Origin: Heteronotia binoei | Lineage: Eukaryota | Direction: 5' to 3' | Length of the DNA: 64,000 bases | NCBI RefSeq assembly: GCF_032191835.1 | Contig: NC_083233.1 | Location: forward strand, 47,678,001-47,742,000 | In this document: positions 47,907 to 60,809 of the stretch, piece after piece | Position numbering within the stretch: the stretch's first letter is position 1 | How the letters are laid out: each line of letters opens with the position of its first letter | Made by a program: the position numbers and the translations under genes | The notes under the pieces: model-generated | The model's database searches: none | What the model was told of the DNA's origin: nothing | The model's input: only the letters and a program-made list of their open reading frames with translations

Positions 47907-50900
47907 CCGGGAGGGAAGATAAATCTCTCCTGATGCAAACAGTTGACAAAGACTTCGAACTTGCTACAAGTGATCATTGCATCTATTTTTGAGAGACTTA
48001 GACAAATTGAAAATAAAATTGACCACTTAGCTCAGAAATTCTTGCTAAACACCAAAGTTAAAACAAACCCTGGGAAATTAGCAAGTGAAGAGTTGAAGAG
48101 CCCAAAGAACTTGGTACAGCAGCAGTGTGAGGAGGGAGCCCCAATTAAAATTAAAGTTGCAACCTTTCAAAGTGTGTTTAACTGTCTGCCCTTACAAAGG
48201 ACAGACGTTCTTATGGAACTCAATTCGATGGGCTACTTGCCATCTAAAAGCCCTTCTAAGGGGGAAATTACCATCAATTTACTTAATTATGGTGGAACCT
48301 CTTACCAGCCAAAATCAGGCTCAAAGAATCTTGCTCACTTTCAGCAGTTCCAGTATCCCCAGTCTGCTGCAGTCTCAGAAAGACTTCCTTCACACCAAGG
48401 GAATTTTTCCAGCTAGGGTCTTTGTCAGTTCTCTTATAAACCCCTGCTACTCCACTGGCAAAAAGAGGGCTCTTTGACAGAGGACATCAATTTCAAGGCA
48501 GGAATGACGAAAGCTGGAGACCAGAGTGGCTTGGCTCAGGGTCCTGATTCACCTTTCTACCTGAACCCAGCTTCAGACCATCTCCTTCTTGAGAACTCCA
48601 TAGAACAGGATCTAATTAACTTTTTCACAGCCCTCCTATCTACGGAACAACTTGCAATCACAACTAAACTCAAAGTGTTGAGGGACAAACTTTTGAAAAC
48701 AAAAAGTGATCACACGCAACAAGTATCTAACCTGCTCATGATGCCCAACACTCTTGAGAATGGTTCAGCTTTAGCAGTCCCTCTAACTCCTCTCATTTCT
48801 ATGGAGGTAGACCAAAGGAAAACAGGAGTAAACCACTCACCCTTCCAACAAGTGAATCCTGAAGAGAAGACTGATCTTTTCACCATAGAAAGCAAATTGG
48901 ATCTCAAGGAGAACCTTGAGTCATCAACACAAGCTGAAGTTCATACGTCTCCAGTAATGGCTGAGAACCCCCTTCTGAGCAGCAATAGTGAGATCATGTG
49001 GCCAAATGCAAGTAAACTAATTAAGAACATCTCGAGCGGCTTGGGTAATGGATCTGTGTTTCATGATACCAATGGCACCCTTGAACAACTAACTAGAGAA
49101 GACTGACTCACCACTCCTTTCATACTCTTGCCATCCAAACCCTTCACCATTCTGGATATTAAGATCGTCTCCTGGAATGTGGCTGGCTTGCAGAATATGG
49201 CTAAGGATGCTGAGTTTATAAGATATCTTAAGGGGTTTGATGTTATACTACTACAAGAAAGGGCAGCTGCTGTGAGAGCCCCTCTCCAGCCCCACCCACC
49301 TCACAGGGTGTCTGTTGTGGGGGAGGAAGATAAAGGAGATTGTGAGCCACTCTGAGACTCTTCGGAGTGGAGGGCGGGATATAAATCCAATATCTTCATC
49401 TTCTTCTTCTTCTACAAGAAACCTGGACTCCACACCAGATCCAACTAGAAGGGTACAAGTCCCTGCCTTCAGGAGTAATACAAGGGGTCATTTTCAAGCA
49501 GGATTGTCTATACTTGTCTCCTCACATTTTGCCTTGGAACACATCACTCTACAGGCAAACATCTCTATGGCGCAGGTGGTCAAGCTTCTCCTCAAAAAAT
49601 TCTCCTTAATTATTGTGAATGTATATGTAACACCTTCTCTAGATAAGCTAACTCTTTTGCAATATTGGGAACACTTGGCCACACTCATGGAGGAATTAGA
49701 GAGGAAATTTCCAACTATAGAAATAATTCTAGTGAGCGACTTTAATGCTAGGGTAGGGAAGGACTGTAGCATATTTTTTAAAGCCGTTGATTTTAACCAA
49801 GACGACACCCTTCTACCCAATTTCTCCTATCCAAGATACTCCAAGGATAGCCTTCTAAATTCAGCAGGCATCTATCTTACCAAATTTTTTCCTCATTTTG
49901 ACTCTTCAAATTGGTCCTCACATTTATCCCTCCTGTAACATGTCCTTGCAACCTTACAAGACTGACTTATTGCCCAGATTTCCATGGAGCGACCGCACAG
50001 TTTGGAAAACCCAACAGCTCTTCAGATCTGGTCCCACTGTAGAATACAGATCCTCTTTAATATGTGCATCTGACCCTAATGTATCTGTATCAACTTACAA
50101 TTCTTTAACATCTCATATCTCTGAATCACTGAGTGTCAGTTCAGGGTGCCCAAGCAGAGGAGCAACTGTTCTAGTAAATTCTACACACCGATGGTTCGAC
50201 AGAGAATGTAAAGAAACAACAACTCTTCTGCATAAAGTTTACAACCAAAACCACAATTCAAGGGCCCTGACCTTGCCATCATAATACTTTGTGCTTAAGA
50301 TTCAGTTGCACCACTTTATCACAAAAAAGAGGCACAATTATATTAAAACTCAATGGGAAGAGCTATACCATGCTACTACCTTTAAAAATTCTAATAAATT
50401 CTGTGCCGTAGTCTCGGGTGCATTCCGGGCCGATGACCCATCTATGTCTGCCATTTCCTCTTATGTTTGGTTTCAGCACTTCTCAGTTCTGTTCCATCAA
50501 GATCTAACGTGCTGAACCATCTGATTTTCCTCTAGCCAATTTACCTGATTGGCCTCCCGTCCCTCCAGAGGAAATAAAAGAATTAATTACACAACTGAAA
50601 TTAGGAAAGGCTCCTGGCCCAGATGCCATTTCCTCCGAAATCTTAAAATTAGACCCAGACTGGTGGGCTTCTCCCCTTGCATCTCTGTTTACAATTGTAG
50701 ATCGAACTGGCATAATGCCCTTGGCATGGTTGAATGCAATAGTGGCCCCACTATTCAAAAAAGGTGATCACACTAACCCTGCCAATTACAGGCTGATTAG
50801 CCTACTCTCCATCATTGGCAAGCTTTACTCCAAACATCTATTAGTCAAGCTCAATCTCTGGATGTTGCAGGAAAAAATTCTAGGCCCTGAACAGCCGGGC

Positions 50901-52592
50901 TTCTGCAAAGGGAAGACCACTTTAGACCACTGCATTACCCTATCCCATGTAGTCAACAAGTACACTGTGCATAACCAGAAATTATTTGTTGCTTTTTTAG
51001 ATTTAAATGGCGCATTTGATTCAGTTGACAGGGACCTCCTCTGGATTAAGCTAGATAAACTAAACATGGATAAAAGACTCCTTATGCTTATTAAGATATT
51101 ACACACTTCTACCACCTGCCAGATCAAATGCTCATTAGTAGGCAATCTAACATCGAAGATTGCTGCCAATAAGGGTGTCAAACAGGGTTGCATTTTGGTT
51201 CCCTTTTTATTCAATCTCTTCCTTAATGACCTGATTATTCAGTTGTCTGGTCCTGACTGCCATAGTCCAAAACTTGGTGCATTACATGTACCCTTGTTAC
51301 CTGATTGGCCTGACGATACAGTGCTGTTGTCCTGCTCTAGAGTGGGCTTAAGACGTCTCTTGTCCCATTGTGTTCTGTATTTTACTAGTAATAAGCTCCA
51401 GCTCAATTATGAGAAGTCCAAAATCTTAGTTTTCTCAAAAAAGTGGAGACTTTACAAATGGGTTATTGATGGTAAAGAGATAGAGCAAGTCAAGTATTTT
51501 AAATACTTAGTTGTTTATTTTCAATATAATGTGACTTGGTCTACCCATTGCAACTATGCAGGGAAGATAGCTAACATCAGTGCATCTGCCATAGCTCGCT
51601 TTTTTATGGCAGAGGTAACCAATTTGTGCCAGGTGCCATAAAAATATTCAAAGCCAAAGTGATTTCACAACTTCTGTATGGCATCCCAATCTGGATTGGA
51701 TCTTATGAAGGTGCTATCGAACGTGTCCAATCCAAATTCTTGCGTAAAATTCTGGGCATGCCAAAATGTGTCCCATATGCAGTTATCTGCTTAGAAACCG
51801 GCATGTCTTTAATGGTTACTAGTGCATGGCTCATGACCTTCAAATTCTGGCTACGCTTGCACTACAACTCTGAACCGGGGAGCTATATCCCTCAAATGCT
51901 CTCTGAATTTAATTTGTGAAATTGGTCAGAACAAATTGAGAGAAAAATAAAAGCAATGGGTTTATCCCTAGAACTATTGTCCATGCTGTCCTTCACCACC
52001 AACAAATTAAACACAGGTTGCTAGATATTGAGCGCCAAGACCTATACAGTCTGGCTAAGAAAACTTGTTCCCCACTGAGTTTTGAGATCTCTCTTAGTAC
52101 TGGGAAAGTGGCCTCATATCTATTGGTCTTGCAGGTGCCACAGCAGCGTAGAGCTTTTTCCCTTGCCAGATGCAACACCATGCCCTCTGCCATTCTTTAT
52201 GGCAGATTTAACAAGACAGTCTACTCAGTCAGATACTGTCTCTGTAAGCAAAAATGTGTGGAGTCAGTTACTCATATTCTTCTTTATTGTAATTTGTATA
52301 CAGATCTTCGTCACAAGTATTTACATCCTCTTTTAGTTAGCATGATTGATTGTTCTGATGCACTTAAGGTCTATAATCTTTTGAACAATACTTCATCTAG
52401 TGTCACTGAGAAAGTGGCTAAGTTTCTTTATTCTGTTTTAAAGGCACGTCGGAGGATCTCATAGAAATAGTTTATGTTTATGCTTTTCCTGATGTATATG
52501 TGTGCAATCGTTCCATTTTATCTTTTTTTTATAAACCAATTTGCTCTGATATGTACATCTATATATTTTATGCCAATAAAGGCTAACTTAAC
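47907..52592 (+). mobile_element. Near-full-length decayed non-LTR retrotransposon (APE endonuclease + RT + C-terminal Cys/His motif; RTE-X-like)
   Basis: ORF1-like 47943-49106 (frameshifted); EN motifs IVSWNVAGL, DVILLQETW, IVNVY and SDFNARVG; RT motifs LFKKGD...NYRLISLLS, AFLDLNGAFDSVDR and GVKQGCIL; YADD degraded to WPDD; C-x-C...H-x4-C at ~52220-52290; AATAAAGGC tail; candidate TSD TAGTCAGTTG/TAGCCAGTTG. Clade assignment is tentative. Confidence 0.85.
49261..49411 (+). mobile_element. 5'-truncated Squam3-like SINE inserted into LINE ORF2
   Basis: 10-bp TSD CTACAAGAAA at 49251-49260 and 49412-49421. Confidence 0.9.
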
Positions 52593-52869
52593 TAGCCAGT
52601 TGTGGCAAAACCGGAGTAAAGAGTCTGGTGATAATTCTGTATTCCAGCATAAACTTTCTGGGACTTCTTTAGATACAATGAGTGAATCGTCACTGTACAG
52701 ATGTTTTATGCAGGAGAAATGAAACAAATAGAGAGCAAAGTCAAGGGGTCATGAAATGTGGGTAGTATAGGTGAAATGTAACTACTGGTACCATAAAATA
52801 CAATAAAGTAAATGCATTCACTAGCTGTGCTAACATGTAAAGGGAATGTTAGTGAAAGCATGGTGAGGA

Positions 52870-53500
52870 TTTATTCATTCATTTACTACAAGGATAATCC
52901 ACCTTTCTCTGAGACTCAAAATGGGTTACATACAACAACAGGATGGGACATCTAATAAGCAGTATAATAGGACTGGGATTATAGAAATCTGAAACAAAAC
53001 ATAAAATATTATCAAAGTGCAGAAAATGTTATTATGTAATTCAAAAACAGTGCAGTGGGAGAAGGATAATACACACAGCAAAATGGTAATACATATTATA
53101 AGCAGTGGAAGAGTTCACAGGGCATTTATAAAAGCACTTTTTTGAACTCCTCTGTTGTTATAGCCCAGTTTCCTTTATAAAAATTATCTCCTGTACAATT
53201 CCCACTTTGGATAGTTTGCAACACGACAGGACAGTGATAGCCTCCTTGACTTTCCCAGGCACGTCATTCCATAAGGTGGCAGCCATAACAGAAGATGCAT
53301 GCAGTATGGGTACCAGCAGTTATTGATCCTGCCCATTTGCAGGGCGGCACCTGCATAAGACACTATGCATAGCAAAGCTGTTGTGCTGGAGACAGCTGAG
53401 CAGGGGTCCTTCAGATACGAGGATTCAAGCCCAAGAAGGGCTTGGTATGTGATAACTGGTAACCCGCTGGGCAACCAGTGGAGTGACAGATAGACTAAGA
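52870..53500 (-). mobile_element. Old L2 LINE 3' fragment
   Basis: LHWLP and YLKD remnants on -, L2-type tail. Confidence 0.6.
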
Positions 53501-54119
53501 TCAGTAACCCAGGAAAGTCAGGACAGAAACGTGACTCAGGGAAAATCAGACGCCAGCAGATAAACATTCAGCATAAAATGTCCAGCCCAGTCTTCAAAAA
53601 GCCACACAACTCCTGTTTACTTTTGAAACAATTTAAATATTTCAGCTTGCCCGTTTTAAGAACAACCTCCCGCCCCTCCTCCCCTAATCCCTCTAAAGAG
53701 GCGTTGCCCAAGGCCAAGTGGAAACGAAAAGCTGTTCAACAAGGAATAATCCCTCCATCTGTACCTCCACCTCCGGGCCAATATGATATTAGGATGCGTA
53801 ACTAAAATTAGCTAAATAAATAAATGACCGCCACCTGATTCTGCAAATGGCCAGGAGGGGGGATCGAATACAAGTTCTTCCTAAAGGGGGCAGCAAATTG
53901 ACTTCTATTCCTCGAAGCCTTTGACAACCAGGTTGAGTCAGGCCAGACTTCAAAGCTGGAAACTTCACCCGCTTGACTTCTGCCGGTCGTACTGCTGGTA
54001 AAGTTGTCTTCTGCCGGCGATCGGGGAAAGAAAGAGGAGGTGAAAAACTTTATTTATTTATCCAATCCCACCGTCTCTTGACCCTGAATTTAGTCAGAGT
54101 TGTCCATGAGTTGCTAAGT

Positions 54120-54500
54120 CACCCAAAGGAAGGAGGGAAGAAGAAGCACGCGTCCCAAGTGGCAGCCCGAGTTAAAGATGGCGACCCTGGCACTCCTTGC
54201 GCACTGCGGCTGCGCTCACCTCTGAAAGCCTTATGCGCGCGCACAAAACAAGACAGAGTATCGGAGGTGGCCGCTTGAATCACATGATGGTCTCCGCGGA
54301 CGTGTGAATGGCGCCGCCCTCGACTCGCAGGTGGCCGCCCGCCCGTTGAGGTGAGCCGGAGGGGGGGGGCACGGAAAGGGGGGGGGGGTTCAGACTCAAG
54401 AGTAAGATTGTGGAGATGGAGGCCTCCCAGCGCCACCCATAACTGCTCCGCAGAGTTTGCGGGAAGGACCCCAGGGTACGGGGCTGTCATGTCACCTAAG
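54120..54500 (+). promoter_or_regulatory. CpG-island promoter and probable non-coding first exon (~54165-54350) of an unidentified + strand gene
   Basis: YY1-type AAGATGGCG 54175-54183 and AATGGCG 54307-54313, NRF1-like TGCGCGCGCA 54234-54243, TCACATGA 54280-54287, donor GAG|GTGAGC at 54351. Confidence 0.6.
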
Positions 54501-55111
54501 CCCCAGCTTCCACTTGTCGTGCCCCAGAGAGCCCCCAGCCCTGCTTTCCTGTCTGAATGTCCCGTGCTCCCACAGACAACCCCCGTCTCTCCCTAGCGCT
54601 CTTCACCTTCTGTGGTGTCCCAGACACCCTCATGTCTGCCAGCCTCCCCCGCCCCTATGAAACTGGCCTCCTGCAGTCCCATTCGATCCCAGTCGGGTTG
54701 TCATAGGGGGCTGTGAACCCCTACCGAGTACCACGTGCGTGCTCCTGTGTTCCCCTCACCACTCCGCAGAGTTCCTTGACAAGCCAATGGAGCAAGATTT
54801 TTGCAGACTTACCAGTCACCACACCATTCAGTGTCTCAGCCCAAAAAGAAATACTTTCATGTTGAAGCAAATTCAGGAAGGAGCCATCTGTCAGCAGCTG
54901 TGGGCTACTAGAACCAAGTAAAGCCTCCAAAATCAGAGACAGTCTGCCTTAGAACTCTGGTTATAAAGGGCAGGGAGAACTTTGGTCTTTGTGCCTTCCT
55001 TGTACATTTCCTTGGTTGGCTACTGTAGGAACCAGGATGCTGAACCTGCCTTGATCCCATTCGGCAGGGCTCTTAATCTCTTATTTCCTCAAATTTCCAC
55101 TGACTATAGAC

Positions 55112-55434
55112 CAGGGTTATATAGACCAAACTGCGGCTCCGGAGCCACATGTGGCTCTTTCACACATATTGTGTGGCTCTTGAAGCCACCACTGTCCCAT
55201 CAGCTGGCTTGGAGAAGGCATTTCTCTCTTTAAGATCACTTAGTCAAGCCAGCCAGTGGCTTTGAGAATGCATTTAAAATTAAAGTTGCTTTCTTTCCAC
55301 CTCTCCATCCCCCATCTATTTGCCTTCCTTTCTTCTTTCCAGCTCTCAAATATCTGACATTCATGTCTTGGGGCTCTCAAACATCTGATGTTTATTCTAT
55401 GTGGCTCTTACATTAACAAGTTTGGCCACCCCTG
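55112..55434. mobile_element. hAT (Charlie-like) MITE
   Basis: CAGGG...CCCCTG termini; TSD CTATAGAC/TTATAGAC. Confidence 0.7.
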
Positions 55435-57055
55435 TTATAGACTATAGCAGCCCCCTAGGGAAAATGTAATTTCCAGGTCCCTCACTAACCCTGTAGACTA
55501 GGTGTCTCATCTCCTTGGTTCTCTCTCAGTAAACCCTTATAGTTTTTAAATGTTAGATTGTTGGCATTGTAATGTGTTTCTGACCCATACATTTCCGAGG
55601 TGGCTGTGTAGCTTGATCATGGAGTTGATATCAAAGATAATTTGGAGTTCCCAGAGATCTTGGAGTTCTGGCTGTGGTTCAGGCAGGTGCTCAGTTTAAA
55701 TAGAATTAGTCTTATTTGCTGCTTCCCCCTCAGAAACAGCCATTTGACAGCACAAGGATTTGGCCAAGGCAAAAAAAAAAAAGGAATATGGAAGAAACAG
55801 ATGTGAAAGCTAGAGTCTGGTGGGGTTTTCCTTCTGTTTTGTTCTTTGTGTTTTGTATCTTTGAAGTGATGGTGTCAATTTCCAGGCCCATAATTGGAGT
55901 AGAGCTTCCAGTTCTGCCTCTACATACTCAGGGGGCGTGATTCTTGTAGAAGCAAGGAGTAAATCCTTGATAGCATTAATTGCTATTGACAAGGAAAGGG
56001 AGGTGACCAAGAAGGAAAAATGTTATAAGGGGGAAAGCATCCTACTGGAGTTTAAGCAGTCAGTGATCAACAGGGATTGAGTGGAGTGGCTTCCACTCTT
56101 TTGGCTTTGTTTCTCAAGTTGGAACTGGAATTCCTAAAGAATGGTTAAGCTACTTGATAACGTTTAGAAGTGGAAAGCAAGGACTTGCAGCTCTGGTCTC
56201 TAGCAAGACCTGTAAGTTTACAGGGTGGATTTGTTTTTTTTGGCACATGTCCTTGTCTTGCAATATCTAATTTCTTCAAGTGCTAGTTTCTTGTAATGCT
56301 GGTGAAGAGGGGACCCTCCCCTCCCTTCACAAATGGACATATAATAATGTAAACCATTTATCTAATCTTTGTCTGGAAGTGGAGTAAAATTACAGTCAAT
56401 AAATGGTGCGTTCAGCTGTCTTTGAAAGTACAAGTGCATTACTCCCTTGACTGTTCTGGGAAGGCTGGGGCTTTTGCAAGTTTCCCATCAAAGAAGATAT
56501 GAAAGAGGAGTTGGTGGTGTTAGGAGCTTGTGCCATGGCCTGGAGTCTCCACTTGCTTATCTCTTGTCAGTGAAGAGGAGGGGTGCAAGAGTATGGCTTT
56601 GTGTTCTTAGATTATAGTACAGTTTTGGAGATGCCTGGTGATGCTGCAGCTCTGGTTGCTAATGGAAGGTTCAGACAGTGTGTCTGATTTTGGTGGTTGT
56701 GGGGGAAGCAAAATGCCTTGACTTTGGGGTTCCACATTGGTTTGAAGAAGTGTACAGAGATTCTGTACAACGTGGTTCAAAGTGCAGTTCTGATGGCTCT
56801 CCTCCCCCTTGTTTGTTTTGATGTGCCAGAAGATTTGTTTGCACAGCAGCGATGATTTACTACAGTAGCACAATCAGTATGGCATCCCAGTTACTGTGTT
56901 CATTCATACATTCAAGGAAAGTAAGAACACACTGGGTATGGCTCAGTTTTGGAACCCAGAAGTGCAAGAAAGCTTTGATGTTAAATGGCTTTCTTCATCT
57001 TTCCATTTGCCAGCTTCTGTCAAATATATCAGTACAAATCTTTTCATTCACCTAG

Positions 57056-57093
57056 ATCAACAGAATCCATTCTTGAGTCTCTGAAATGCTCAG
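57056..57093 (+). other. Candidate small internal exon of the gene starting at ~54.2 kb
   Basis: Acceptor cttttcattcacctag and consensus donor CAG|GTAAGA; contains ATG CTC AG at its 3' end; product not recognised. Confidence 0.35.
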
Positions 57094-58726
57094 GTAAGAT
57101 TCCATTTGGAGCACTGGAATATCCTGGTTTGGTTAAGGTGGTCTAATCAAGCACTTTGAAGAACAGTGTGTTAAACTGTCCCCCTGATATGAGCTTCCAT
57201 GCTGGAAGAGATTATGAGACTATATTGCGTCTTTTAAAACAGGAGGCTTCTCTTGTTTTCTCCTTCATGAGAACCTTCTTTGGTAACACCTTAAGGCCAA
57301 TCTTCTCTTGCTTCTCTCCATTTTCAAGTGTTGTCCTTCCTCCCCTTTTTGTGGAGCGGGGTCCTAGTTGCAAATTATATGGAGTGTTGTGTGTTCAATA
57401 ACTGGTAGCCCTTGGTATGACTATCCCATCATCACCTGTGATGCTGCCAGAGGAAATGGTGGTCATGGTATTCCTTTGTAGGATGGGAAATATGAGGAAA
57501 TATCCTCACCGCTGTGTCTGTATAGCTCTTCAGCAAAACCAGTTGCAAGCAAGGGTGAGTGTGTGCATCTATCATAGGATTAAAATGTTTGGTATGTAAT
57601 GATGCAGAAGGGATAATAGGTCTGCTTCAACCTGGGAGTATGGGGTGACGTGTCTGTTTGAAGCTTGCTCACTGTGGTCTGACAGCTCTGCCAGTCTGGT
57701 AGTACCCAGCTAACAGGAGGAAGGGCTTGCAACAAAATGCAGGCCTGTGGAGTGCGTGGCAAATGCAACCTTGTGGGTTCTTGGCACCAAACACTAGAAG
57801 CATCACTGCACAGTGTCTTCCTGCAGCTTGGGCTCCAGCTACTTCCAGCCTTCCCCCCCCCCCCCCCACCGCCCCATTTCCCATTTTCTGAGTGGCTTTT
57901 GCTGCTTGCTAAGTTATCAGTTATAAGTTATGCAGTTAGGAGGTTCAATTAGAAATACATCAGGGAAGGAGAGAGGGATGAACACAATGTGCTCAAAGGG
58001 TTTAGATGTGTCATTTTCAGGTGACTTTTTAAAATCAATAATATGGACACAACGGTGCCTTAGATTAAAGCAGGGCTGGAAAAATCCCAGGTACTTGTTC
58101 ACCAAGCTCCTAGAGACTGAAGGTTGAAGCTTGGGTGTTTGAATGCTTTTGTTTTCAAGCCCTGTGCAGGACTGGCTCCAAGGCGGTTGGGCAGGGTTGG
58201 GAAACACTTTCTGTTCCCTAGCATTTATCTTCCAAGGTCTGGAATGCAGCTGACCAAGTTAAAACCAGTGGAGAAGAACACCTGAAACTGTTCACCTCTG
58301 GGGACATGCCACAATGTCTGCCTCTTAACTCTTTCTTTGCCATTTTCCAGCAAACCACATTTTATCACTCTTGGTATCTTATGAGGATTTGAATGCTGTC
58401 CTACCTTACAGGAGTGCTAGAACAATTGCATTTGCATAGGTATAGATGGCTGACAGCAATGCTGATTTTGTGAACTTAGGCATGAGAAGGAGGGCAGGAA
58501 GGGTTGCATCAGTGCTTGGTTCTCATGGCCCCTGCTTACATGCCCAGGGAAATGCTTCCTTGCCACTTTGGGGTCAGGCAGCATTCTTCTCCAGGCCAGT
58601 TTTGCTAGGGATCCTGTAGAGGGGCTTTTTTTTTGCCATCTTCTGCGCTTGGAATTTAAACAAATATACAAACCGCTACAAATAATTAGAATAGTAGTAA
58701 TTACCAGCTACAAGGTTGCCATAGAG

Positions 58727-59345
58727 CAGGGGTGTCAAACGTTCGACCTGTGGGCTGGATCAGGCTCCCTCAGGCTCTCAAGCAAAATTGTCATCTGCTT
58801 TCCTTTCTCTCTCTTGTTTCCTTCTGCATCACAACTTGCTTTGCCAGGCTTGCTCAATTGCACAGGAACTACAAGCAAAGCCTCTATTTTCTCCATTGGC
58901 TGACCAATACATGAAGCAACTTTTGTACAAAAGCTCACAGTGCCCAGCCATTTCATGTTTTCCCCTGGATCTTAGGCTCAAAGCATTGACCATAAGATTT
59001 CTGTAATGAATGTCAATAAATCAGAAACAGGATTGGAACTTACAGATACACACCTAAACAACATACTCAAGATTGCTACAGCAGAGACATTGTCTCCAGG
59101 TTTTGATGCAATAATTCAGAGCAAGAGATGTTATAAGAAACTAAAGTAAACAAAATATTGCAAGAGCACTGATCTTTTAAGTACTTTTAAATTTATTTAT
59201 TTTTACAAATCTTTATGTTTGTGTCCTTTATAAAGTTTATATTTCTGCTACCTGACATTAAATTTTATGACACACGTTGTCTGGCCTGACAAGGTCACAT
59301 TTATGTCAGATCTAGCCCTCATAACAAATGAGTTTAACACCCATG
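58727..59345. mobile_element. hAT (Charlie-like) non-autonomous element
   Basis: CAGGGGTGTCAAAC...GTTTAACACCCATG termini; perfect 8-bp TSD CCATAGAG. Confidence 0.8.
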
Positions 59346-59353
59346 CCATAGAG

Positions 59354-60055
59354 CAGGGTTTCCCAAACTTTTCTTTCCTGTGGCCTGGTTATTTTTACAC
59401 TTCTTCTTTATGGCCCACTAAAATTCGAGGGTGGAGCCAGGAGACCTTAGGGGTGAAACCAGGAGACAGGAATTATATCTTTTCTTGTGATGTCACTTCC
59501 AGGCCAAGGGCCATTGAACCAAAACTCCACCTTTTCCTGTGATGTCACTTCCAGGGCACTTCCCCAAACCTGCCTGTTCTTAAGTAACTTCGTTTTCAGA
59601 AAAATCTCTCTGAAACTCATACTGAGCCAAAATGGGGGTGGAGAGTGGGCGGTCTGCAACTTTTTCATACATTCTGAGGGACCTCTCGTTCAACCCCCAC
59701 ACCTGCATGCACCTATATGTTTGTGTGTTCTTCTCCAGCTTGCAAGCACTCCTAATGCCCATGTTCAATTGCCTGCACCACTTACACACCCCTTCCTCAA
59801 CAGCACTGGCCAATGTATGTAGTTGGGAGTGTTGTTGCCATTGCCATCAGGAATGCCAGCACAGTGTACCACCCACACTGGGTCCTGGCAGCTGCTCTAC
59901 CTCAAAATATGCTTACACATTTAGTAGACCCTTCCTTCAGCTGCTACTACTGGAACCCTACCTCAAGCTACAACCAAGCTTGCTTGGTTTCAAGAAAATC
60001 TTTTGACAGCTATTTTTTCATACTTTTCCTTGGCTGAAACACTGGGAAATTGCTG
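59354..60055. mobile_element. Older hAT-like element abutting the previous one (right end uncertain)
   Basis: Starts CAGGGTTTCCCAAAC; internal repeats TGTGATGTCACTTCCAGG; degenerate right TIR ~60042-60055. Confidence 0.45.
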
Positions 60056-60557
60056 TGAAAGGTAGCAGAGAATTTACTGCAATTAATGAATTAATTTCAA
60101 GTTATATGAAGTTCATACAAGCTTTTTTGCAGTTATCCCAAAAAGGATATTTATGAGGGGCTTGCAGCTTTTTACTGGCTATGTTTCCCATGCCTTTAAA
60201 AGCCTTTAAAAGCAACCTGTTGTGCAGATATTTCTACAGGAGGAGTTTAATTTTGGTGTCAGACAGCTGTTAAAAGCAGGACCAGTAAAATGGCGGCAGG
60301 TTCATACATCACTTCCAGTGCTGTTGAGATATACAGCAGTAATCTCCAATAATCTCTTTCTGCCCTACACCTCTCACTCTCACTCACTCACACAGAAATC
60401 TCATAGAAAGGCCAGCTGGCTACAACTGGGGGTGCTAACTTTTCATTGGCAGAGCTCCTATGTCTGCAACAACAGTATGATGAACAGATAGGTTCCATCC
60501 AGTAAAAATGGAAGGAAAGAAAGAAAGGGAAAGAATGAAATAGAAAGACATGGAAAG

Positions 60558-60735
60558 AAAGAACATAAGTGAAGCCATGTTGGATCAGGCCAGTGGACCA
60601 TCCAGTCCAAAATTCTCTCACACAATGCCCCAAAAGCACCAGAATGTCTACCAGTGGGGCCAGGGCACTAGAAGCCCTCCCACTGTTGCTCTCCCCCTCC
60701 CCCCCGGCACCAAGAATACAGACAGAGCATCACTT
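60558..60735 (-). mobile_element. CR1 3' UTR fragment
   Basis: Matches the 8717-8790 CR1 tail (AAGAACATAAG...GGATCAGGCCA). Confidence 0.75.
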
Positions 60736-60809
60736 GCAGGGAAAGAAAAAAAGAAGGGGAGACAAAAAAAAAGCCTCACCATACGAACCCCAGAGAGCAC
60801 TGAGGTCAG

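Noticed and set aside
56600-57084. Protein-looking frames on both strands (LDFGVPHWFEE..., QYGIPVTVFIHTF..., LLCKQIFWHIK...)
   Set aside because: Interrupted by stops, lacking good splice boundaries, and no family recognised.
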